From Octopus sinensis (taxonomy: Eukaryota), in assembly GCF_006345805.1 (NCBI RefSeq), contig NC_043004.1, positions 96,658,001-96,722,000 on the forward strand: DNA of 64,000 bases, read 5' to 3'. A model generated the notes under the pieces. The model saw nothing but the letters and a program-made list of their open reading frames with translations. It was not told where the DNA came from and ran no database searches. Every line of letters starts with the position of its first letter. Position 1 is the first letter of the stretch. The position numbers and the translations under genes were made by a program. Of this stretch, positions 52,460 to 64,000 are shown piece after piece.

Positions 52460-52858
52460 GGCATAGGAGTGGCTGTGTTGTAAGAAGCTTGCTTACGAAC
52501 CACATGGTTCCGGGTTCAGTCCCACTGCATGGCACCTTGGGCAAGTGCCTTCTACTATAGCCTCAGGCAAACCAAAGCTTTGTGAGTGGATTTGGTAGAC
52601 AGAAACTGAAAGAAGCCCGTTGAATATATGAACATTTATATATGTGTGTGTTTGTGTGTCTATGTTTGTCCCTCCAAACAACCCTTGACAACCGATGCTG
52701 GTGTGTTTACATCCCCATAACTTAGTGGTTCGGCAAAAGAGACTGATAGACTAAGTACTAGGCTTACAAAGAATAAGTCCTGGGGTCAATTTCCTCAACT
52801 AAAGGCAGTGCTCCAGCATGGCTGCAGTCAAATGCCTGAAACAAATAAAATAATAAAG
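52460..52858 (+). mobile_element. SINE family A
   Basis: Full-length. Confidence 0.9.
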
Positions 52859-53781
52859 AGTATACACCCAACTCATTGGAACCCTTTGATATCTACTATT
52901 CCCTTGTGAGCTTACAATGCTCCCCAAAAAAGCACTATTGTCCACCCAGCTGCAGTACTACCGCTTTAAACGAATGAATGCACTCAACAGATATAGTGGT
53001 GAGGTTTGAAATACTGATTGAAATAATGACGGCACAAATAGATTTTTGTTGCTCTAACTTCATACAGCAACAGAACCAGCTGCTACACATTTCTCTTGTT
53101 GTCTTAGAGACAATTGGAGGCTGAAAATAAATATTCTGCAAACCTGCCCTCAACTAAAAAAATGTATGTTTAATAATATAATAGCAAGTTTGGAAAATAT
53201 CTGATCTGATATTCATCTGAATACCTCTCCAACCTCTCATGTCATTTGATAACCCCAAATGCTTTAGCAGAATATCTATATGCTATTTAATAAACAGGTG
53301 CCAATATATCATGTACAGTAATATATCTGACAAAAACTTAAAAACTTTAACACATCATGAAAGGTGACATATACAAACACGCACATACACACACATATGT
53401 ATGTAGATATGTATGTATGTACATTCATGTATATATATGTGTGTGTGTGTGTGTATCTGTGTGTACATATATGTATGTATGTGCCTGTATATTATATCTA
53501 AATACGTATAGATATAAATAGATAGATATCTTAAAATATTTCCAATAACCAATAATTAATGACCAAGGACCAACCTTTTCTCCACCATTTCGTCAATAAC
53601 AGGATAAAGAAGGAAAACATGTCTTTGATTCTTTGTCCATTTTTAAAGAACGTATTTCCTAATTTAAGTTCCTTTCGGACATATACATTTCACTGACAAG
53701 TTATTCTGTGAGAAAATAAATAACATTTCATATATTTTGATAAACTTGGATATGCCATAAATGACAAGGTTACAGATGTTG

Positions 53782-53822
<41 letters not shown>

Positions 53823-53939
53823 TTCACTGTTATCATTGCTAACCTTGCAGTTGTTGTTATTCTGGTGGCTGACTTTACCATTATCATTATTATTATTATT
53901 GTTGTTGTTGCATAATGTTAAAGCTTTTGATGTACATAT

Positions 53940-55730
<1,791 letters not shown>

Positions 55731-56435
55731 GTCACATCCCCTTGAAGTGATTCATGTGATCTATCTGAATTCCTGTAGTTTAATTTCAATTTCATAATGG
55801 CTTATCTGTTTGGAAGATGAGTTGACAAAATGTCACATACACCAGACCTTTTCCATGAAACAAGGTTCATGTTCCATTCACATCACAGTTTAGCCATTAC
55901 CTTCGATAGTAATTCTTACTGGTGTAAAATAAACAAGTTTCTGTGTCAAGAGTGACAGATCTAAGTGAAAATGGCTAATATGATTTGTGGAATAACACTC
56001 CGCTGCATCCATCAACCGGTAGCTCACTGTCTGCACTCTATCACCTCCTCAATGGATGAATTTTATTGTAGCATTGAAGAAGGTGTAGTGGAGGGCAGGT
56101 GGTGTTTGAAGCAACATAGTTTGTAATGGTATGTTTCCTAGGAAAATTGATGGTGATAGATAAACAAATTTACCACAAATTAAGCCATTTACTACTTATT
56201 TTCAGTGTTAAACATGATAACGATGCTCTGAAACAAGTAAACACACACACACAGACAGACGCACAGATAAATAGAAACTGAACCACTTGCTCCTAGACTC
56301 ACATGGTAGTTTGATAGAATATATTTCAGTGATGAAGTTTAATAATTAGTTTTAGCATAAGATCACGACTGGAAATTTGGATAAAGGAATTAGTTGATGC
56401 CATCAACCACATTACTTCACTGGTACTTTATCTTA

Positions 56436-56667
56436 AAGGCGGCAAGCTGGCAGAAACGTTAGCACGCCGGGCAAAATGCTTAGCGGTATTTCGTCTGCGT
56501 TATGTTGTGAGTTCAAATTCCGTCGAGGTCGACTTTGCCTTTCATCCTTTCGGGGTCGATAAATTAAGTACCAGTTAAGCACTGGGGTCGATATAATCGA
56601 CTTAATATCTATGTCTGTCCTTGTTTGTTCCCTCAGTGTTTAGCCCCTTGTGGGTAATAAAGAAATA
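56436..56667 (+). mobile_element. SINE family B inserted into an older B-type SINE
   Basis: TSD ggtactttatctta at 56422-56435 and 56668-56681. Confidence 0.9.
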
Positions 56668-56829
56668 GGTACTTTATCTTAACTACTCTTAAAGGATGAA
56701 TAGTAAAGCTACTGACCTTTGCAAGATTTGAATTCAAAGTGTGAAGGTCAGGAATTGATAATATTTCAAGGTATTTTTCTTGACCTAGAAATAACTCTGT
56801 CAATATATTGACCTCATAAGGAGGTATAA

Positions 56830-57830
56830 TAATGGCTTCAAATTTTGGCACAAGGCCAGCAGTTTGTGGAGAGGAACTAAAATTGATTACATCAACCCCA
56901 GTACTCAACTGGTACTTATTTTATCGATCCCCAAAGTTTGGGAGGCAAAGTCGACCTTAGAGGAATTTGAACTCAGAACATAAGGTTGGATGAAATACCA
57001 TTATGCATTTTGACTGATGTGCTGCTTGATTCTACCAGCTTGCTGTCTTAAAAGGAGGTTATTATCCACAAGGGGCTAAACATAGAGGGGACAAACAAGG
57101 ACAGACAAAGAGATTAAGTCGATTACATCGGCTCCAGTGCGTAACTGGTACTTAATTTATCGACCCCGAAAGGATGAAAGGCAAAGTCAACCTCAGCGGA
57201 ATTTGAACTCAGAATATAACAGCAGATGAAATACCTATTTCTTTACTACACACAAGGGGCTCAACACAGAGGAGACAAACAAGGACAGACAAAGGGATTA
57301 AGTCGATTACATCGACTCCAGTGCATAACTGGTACTTAATTTATCGACCCCGAAAGGCAAAGTCAACCTCGGCGGAATTTAAACTCAGAATATAACAGCA
57401 GACAAAATACCTATTTCTTTACTACCCACAAGGGGCTAAACACAGAGGAGACAAACAAGGACAGACAAATGGATTAAGTCGATTACATCGACTCCAGTGC
57501 GTAACTGGTACTTAATTCATCGACCCCGAAAGGATGAAAGGCGAAGTCAACCTCTGCGGAATTTGAACTCAGAATATAACAGCAGACAAAATACCTATTT
57601 CTTTACTACCCACAAGGGGCTAAACACAGAGGAGACAAACAAGGACAGACAAATGGATTAAGTCGATTACATCGGCTCCAGTGCGTAACTGGTACTTAAT
57701 TTATCGACCCCGAAAGGATGAAAAGCAAAGTCAACCTCAGTGGAATTTGAACTCAGAACGTAGCGGCAGACAAAATACCGGTAAGCATTTTGCCCTGCGT
57801 GCTAATGATTCTGTCAGCTCACCACCTTGT
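56830..57830 (-). mobile_element. Older SINE B (56830-57050) plus a tandem tetramer of SINE B (57066-57830, ~180-bp period)
   Basis: Junction aaatacctatttctttac occurs three times; only the rightmost unit has the head. Confidence 0.9.
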
Positions 57831-58024
57831 TGGCATTCATATGTTATTATCACCTTATACCCTTTGTGTCATTGTTATTGTCGTCATCAGTGTCGTCATC
57901 GTCGTTGTCATCATATGAGTTATCATGTTCATCGTCTGGGTCATGATCGTTAGCATCTGTGCTGGCATTGTTAGTGGCAGCTGCAGTGGAACTGTCGCTA
58001 TTGTTTTGGTCATTGCCATGAACA

Positions 58025-58081
58025 CCACCATCACCACCACCCCCACCACCCCACCATCATCATCACAACCACCACTACCAC

Positions 58082-58154
<73 letters not shown>

Positions 58155-58164
58155 GTTATCATCG

Positions 58165-58196
<32 letters not shown>

Positions 58197-58207
58197 GTCA
58201 TCATCCA
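58025..58207. repeat. (CAC)n/(CAT)n microsatellite
   Basis: Direct reading. Confidence 0.95.
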
Positions 58208-58670
58208 GCATTTTTGCACGGTAGAATAAGTCCGATTGGTCTTGAATATAACATCTTTCCTCGTGTCTTAATCATTTTCCGTTTATCTCAAACATATTGC
58301 CCTCGGCAACATTTAGTGAACAATCAGTCTGTAGTAAACATTTGCCCACACATCTTTCTCTCTGTCGCTAGTTACAATGTCTCTGTACACAATATTAAAC
58401 ATGCAAACACATACACCAGAAGACCTTTTAAATAATGTAGCTAAAAATAAAATATGATTGCCTTTCCTAGATAAGAATTAAACCAATCATTTTCTACTGA
58501 TCAATTATTAATGTACATTGATAAATATTGTTTATGACAACTAACTACAGGTATTGCTGTCTTACATAAACACTACAAACATGTGTGTGCATATATACAC
58601 ACACACACACACCACACACACACACACATACATATAAATATAGGTTTCTCTCTCTCTTCCGCTCTCTATG

Positions 58671-58727
<57 letters not shown>

Positions 58728-58750
58728 TCTAGTAATATATGTGTGTGTGC

Positions 58751-59720
58751 ATGTAAAAAGCACCATCCGAACGTGGCCAATGCCAGTGCCGCCTTGACTG
58801 GCTTCCGTGCTGGTGGCATGTAAAAAGCACCCACTACAGTCACAGAGTTGTTGGTATTAGGAAGGGCAACAAGCTGTAGAAACGCTGCCAGATCAGACTG
58901 GAGCCTGATACATCCTCCTGGCTTCCCAGACCCTGGTCAAACCATCCAACCCATACTAGCATGGAAAACGGACGTTAAACGATGATGATGCTGATGATGA
59001 TTATATATGAATACATATATATATGTGTGTGTGTGTGTGTGTGTAAATACATGTGTGTATATATTGAAAATGCAAATTTTAGGCAGTTGTATTTATTTAC
59101 CACTTGCTGAGAGACATCTGTATTGCCAGATGCTCCTGAACCAGTTGTTTAGTGTTCCATGTATGTATTGACCCCTTCATTAGGATGATGTCCTCCCTGG
59201 TAAATTTCATCATATTAATAAACTATCAGAATCAAAAATTCCAAATAAAATATTTTACGGCTCGTAGGCAAATGATCACGTGTAATTTTTATTTATATGT
59301 TCGAAATCAATCAATGGAAATTGCAGCTGAGATACCAGTGCTGGTGGCACGTGAAAGAACCATCTGAATGTGGCTGTTGCCAGCGTCGCCCCGACTGGCC
59401 TCGTGCCGGTGGCACGTAAAAAGCACCATCCGTTCGTGGCCGTTGCCAGCCCCGCCTGGCCCCCGTGCCGGTGGTACATAAAAAGCACCATCTGATCGTG
59501 GCCTTTTGCCAGACTTGCCTGGCACCTGTGCCGGTGGGACGTAAAAAGCACCCACTACACTCATGGAGTGGTTGGTGTTAGGAATGGCATCCAGCTTAGA
59601 AACATTGCCAGATCAAACTGGGCCTGGTGCAGCCTTCTGGCTTCCCAGACCCCAATTGAACCGTCCAACCCATACTAGCATGGAAAGCAGATGCTAAACG
59701 ATGATGATGATGATGATGAT
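58751..59720 (+). mobile_element. Two SINE D copies (58751-59000 and 59333-59720)
   Basis: Two and four internal repeats respectively; RTE-like tails. Confidence 0.9.
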
Positions 59721-60091
59721 ATTTTATATATTTTTATATTTCTTCTATATTTTCTAGTACGTTTGGCTTTTTTCTTTATACTCTTGGAGAATCTTCATAC
59801 CTGTACATGCAGGATTTATGTGCATGTTATATGAATATATATGATTGAACTACTTTGATTGAATGTTTTCATTAATGCATTCTGGAATCTGTTTGACTGC
59901 CTAAAATTTGCATTTTCAATTTTCTCTACTATATGTATATTCACATTGTCGTGCAGTTACTGTTTATAACTCATTCAGAGATTTATTATTGCTTGTTTAC
60001 ACTTTTTCAAGATCAGTGACGAAAAGTCGCTGGAAAAAGGATATATGTATTTACATTGGGACCCCTTTCACATCGAAGACTGGTGATTGTC

Positions 60092-60134
60092 GTGCACTGA
60101 TGATGGGTCAATACCTGGAAACCCGGGTCTGTGC
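60092..60134 (+). ncRNA. Minimal type I hammerhead ribozyme, predicted cleavage after GUC at 60129
   Basis: GTGCA CTGATGA TGGGT-caat-ACCTG GAAA CCCGGG T C TGTGC: all core nucleotides present, 5-bp stems I and II (with G-U pairs), palindromic stem III ACCCGGGT. Confidence 0.85.
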
Positions 60135-60320
60135 CTATCACGTAGGTTGACGATGGGAAGGGTGGCTTCCCTTTGCAAATACCGATAGGGCACAGAAAGT
60201 GTGTCAATAGCCAGCTGGAGAAGATGTTCTCCTGGGGCTACAAGCTACAGTAACATCCACCCTTAGTGGTTAGCCATATTTAGATGGCAAATATACTTCA
60301 CACACACACACACACACACA

Positions 60321-60354
<34 letters not shown>

Positions 60355-60635
60355 GTATACACATACTTATAAACTCATAAACTATTGGATGTCATGATGT
60401 TTAGTCAAAGAAATTTGCCTGAGAAATATATTGTTGTACTTAACCTGAAACCATGTGGTTGATAAGCAAACTTCTAAACCACAGTGTTCTTAATTAGAAC
60501 CAGTATGATACAGTTATGGCAAAATTATGCAGATAAGGTCAATGTATGTGTGTGTATATATATATCATCGTCATCATCATCGTTTAACGTCTGTTCTCCA
60601 TGCTAGCATGGATATATATATATATATATATATAT

Positions 60636-61054
60636 AATTCATAAATGAGGGCAAAGGAAAAAAATTCTAATGCCAAATATGCCGAAAAATTGGACATATT
60701 GTCCATTAACCATATAATTTTTTCACAATACGCACGCTACACGAAAAAAGGTCGAGGGAAATTTCTAAAAAATTCCATTATTACCATATCAGACCGATTT
60801 CAGAGTTAGCTACTAAGAGCCCTCTCTTCGTCAGTGATACATGTGGCAAAAGAAATAAATGAGATACTTACTCATACCCATGGAAGAAGCAAATACTAAA
60901 TCATGGGCACAACTAAGTACCCCAAATACATCCAAAATAGAAATACTCCAGCCCATTCGAGGCACGTGCGATTTGAACTGAGGCTCTCACAGAGTGAGTT
61001 AGTTAGTTCGGAAGTGAATGCTTAAATTTATATCAAATGTGAGGATAAATGTGA

Positions 61055-61057
<3 letters not shown>
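60636..61057 (-). mobile_element. ~420-bp non-coding hammerhead-bearing insertion within (TA)n
   Basis: (TA)n at both 60613-60635 and 61058-61087; contains the hammerhead at 60787-60839. Confidence 0.65.
60787..60839 (-). ncRNA. Minimal type I hammerhead ribozyme, GUC cleavage triplet
   Basis: Minus strand TATCA CTGACGA AGAG-agggctcttagtagctaa-CTCT GAAA TCGG T C TGATA: perfect 5-bp stem I, 4-bp stem II, near-palindromic stem III ATCGGT. Confidence 0.8.
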
Positions 61058-61087
<30 letters not shown>

Positions 61088-61090
<3 letters not shown>

Positions 61091-61473
61091 AAAGAAAGAA
61101 AGAAAATGGAGAAAGGTAGGTGTATGAATGATTTATTTGTATGATATAAAAATGATGAAATTCTTATAAAATAACAATACAAATAAATTATAAGTTGTTA
61201 AGCTCAAAAACGAAAGTGAAAATGTGGAAAAACCTACATATATGTTTCAATTCTAGCTCCTAGTTGATACATAATTCTAAGCCAGAAGACTAAGATTAGA
61301 ATTACATGACAACTAGGGGCCAGAACATGTAGGTTTATTTGCAGCTCCCATTTCTTTTTGAGCTTTACAACTTATAATTTACTTGTGTTGTTATTCTAAA
61401 ATAATTTGAACATCTTCATATCATACAAATAAATCATTCATACCTCCATCTTTCTCTCTTCTCTTTCTTTCAA
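61088..61473. mobile_element. Almost wholly palindromic ~390-bp MITE/fold-back flanked by TA
   Basis: ttgaaagaaag...aagctcaaaaa...aaacctaca versus its reverse complement; the inner part is also symmetric (ttctagctcctagttg / caactaggggccagaa). Confidence 0.8.
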
Positions 61474-61726
61474 TATAAATAATATGTATTACTATAATAT
61501 ACCCTAGCATATCACTGAGACCTTCTCATTATATGATAGTGATTAACCAGAGGAATTTTTGGGATTATTTAATCTCTAATGTGGATCTAACATTTTCGAA
61601 TTGACTGTATACACACATATATATATATATACAAACACACACAACATGCACATACATATTTATGTATATATATGTGTGTGTGTGTGCGTAAATCTATCTA
61701 TGTATCTATCTCTATCTATCTATTTA

Positions 61727-61776
<50 letters not shown>

Positions 61777-61789
61777 TGTATATATATAG

Positions 61790-61942
61790 TTGGCATTAGG
61801 AAGGGCATCCAGCTGTAGAAACTCTGCTAAATCAAGACTGGAGCCTGGTGCAGCCATCTGGTTCGCCAGCCCTCAGTCAAAATCGTCCAACCCATGCTAG
61901 CATGGAAAGCGGACGTTAAACGATGATGATGATGATGATGAT
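61790..61942 (+). mobile_element. 5'-truncated SINE D
   Basis: Tail only. Confidence 0.85.
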
Positions 61943-63189
61943 GTATGTATACACACTCACACATATACATATACACAAATACTTTAGCTTATATAAATAT
62001 TTATACATACAGCTATGTTATTAAGAAGAATTTTATATGTGTTCACAGATGCATTTCACAAGCTTATGTGTAAATACAAACTCTCAGACCCCAAACAGTC
62101 TATCGATACATGAATAAAAGCAATTATTCTGCTATTCACTTAGCCAAAAGATACCTTGAGGACTCTCTGCATATTCCACTTGAGAGACACAACCAAAATC
62201 GGGGAATTCCAACTCCAGTCTCCATCACATTTCCTTGACAAAAAAAGAAAACAAAATGCTAAGTAAATAACTCTGCTTTATGAAATCGTAAAGCCAAAAT
62301 GATTGTTGCTAAAATGAACCTCAACCAAATCTCTCAGGTATTAAGGAATTTCACAGATAAAAGGAATTCTTCCAAGCAATTTGGTCTTTGATTTTGTGAT
62401 CACAATGAAACACAGGATATTGTATATGATATTGGTGGATATCCGTAGCTATGCTTATTATTTTTATTATAATTTTTAAAAAATATGTTTACCATTATTT
62501 ATCATAGTGGAAGCAGTACTTTCATTTCCATTTTTTTTGGTTGACATTATTATTGTTGTTATAATAGTTACTTTACATTTTTAAAAATATTCTTTTAATG
62601 TTGATGTTTATTTATATTTCAATTTTTGCATGAGCTGTGCAAATTTGTACACCTGTATTCGAACAAAAGACACAAATATAAATATGATACAAAAACACCC
62701 AAAAATGCCTTTAAAAATGCACTCTTATACAAATGCAATTTTCACTCTCTCTGTTCAACACTTCTCTCTCTCTCTCTTTCTGGTTTTCTATCTTCCTCTC
62801 TACCTGTCTTTCATTTCCCTTTCTCTCTCTCTCTCTATGTGTATATGTTTGATCGTACTTGCTTTCTTTATATTCATTACTCTTCATAGTTTGGTAAAAA
62901 GACAGACATTTGTATAATATACATATCAGTATCTATCCGTCTGTCCGCCTGTCAGTCTGTCTGTCTGTCTCTCCGTCTGTCTGTCCGTCTGTCCGTATGT
63001 CTGTCTGTCTGTCTCGCTGTCTCTCTGTCTATCTGTCTCTCTGTCTGTCTATCTATCAATCTCTATTTCTGTGTCTCATTAACACACACACAAACACACA
63101 CACAAACATGCATACATGTATATACATATCCCTCTTTCCATTCATAGAAAACCTACATGCATGCTTACATAGAAGTATGATGTAAATGA

Positions 63190-63190
63190 T

Positions 63191-63253
<63 letters not shown>

Positions 63254-63385
63254 TACATACATACATACATACATACATACATACATACATACTTACATAC
63301 ATACACACATACATACATACATACATACTACATACATACATACATACATACTACATACATACATACATACATGCATACATACATG
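63190..63385. repeat. (CA)n/(TACA)n microsatellite
   Basis: Direct reading. Confidence 0.95.
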
Positions 63386-64000
63386 AATATTCATATTCAC
63401 ATGCTCTCACACAGACATACAAAAACACAAACATGAAAAACAGGCAAGCACGTAACAAGTAACAAAACCGAATTATATGCATGGTGCATATATATATAAG
63501 TATATATATATATATATCAATATATATGTATGATTTTGGAACCCATGAAGCAATTTGGCAACAGGCAAAACGAAATGAAAGTTTATTGTTCGTTTTATTT
63601 TTAAACCTTTATTAAGCAAGTTTTTCCATTTAGGAAGAGTTTAATGTAAGGTTTACACAAAAGAAAAGTTTGTGTGGTTAATGTTTCTTCCATGGCACTG
63701 TACTATTATCATTTTCCCTCTTTGTACAACAGTGAGTGTTCTGTCTGTGTACTTTTGGTAATAATGCCATTGCTTGTCTGAAGGGAAATAAAATAAATGA
63801 TATTGATAATAATCACAATGAAAATGATAAATATTGATGGTAGTATGATCTCTTTTATTGGGCATTTGAGCCAAAAGCATTGGGGACAGTGCACAGGCAC
63901 ATATAATAGACATTTAAAATAAATAGGTGATATCAACAAACACAACACAAATATATTTTAATAAACAGATAACAATAAATAGTTATAACAGTATATGAAT

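Noticed and set aside
56072-56128. Exon-like segment with a strong acceptor and donor
   Set aside because: Stops in all three frames; at most a non-coding exon, with no support.
59333-59560. CRISPR-like array (palindromic repeat plus spacers)
   Set aside because: The spacers are homologous to one another, the array is inside a eukaryotic SINE, and there are no cas genes.

Overview
AT-rich, microsatellite-dense eukaryotic DNA, almost certainly non-coding (intronic or intergenic). The tRNA-derived SINE families and the (TA)n/(CA)n/(CAT)n load point to an octopus genome; this is inferred from repeat recognition, not a search. No complete protein-coding gene is present and the long ORFs in the track are microsatellite artefacts. 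One well-bounded candidate exon (23675-23789, +) ends in IIDVW-W, reminiscent of SLC12/NKCC. The window holds about 45 SINE copies from at least 5 families, four decayed Dong/R4-type RLE LINE fragments, a decayed Penelope-like RT remnant, mariner, hAT and piggyBac-type MITEs and two inverted Helentron/DINE-1-like elements. The main result of the hunt is a set of hammerhead ribozyme motifs from several sequence-unrelated families: 351-401(-), 1849-1899(+), 11938-11985(-), 60092-60134(+), 60787-60839(-), plus decayed ones at 15392-15433 and 35240-35275. Most lie about 60-150 nt from an element 3' end, usually one abutting (TA)n. One pair caps both ends of a 1.6-kb fold-back. Together with two shorter hairpin-plus-tail insertions, this suggests an abundant, diverse population of Penelope-type or retrozyme-like non-autonomous elements. 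Coordinates were counted by eye; repeat boundaries may be off by 5-20 bp.
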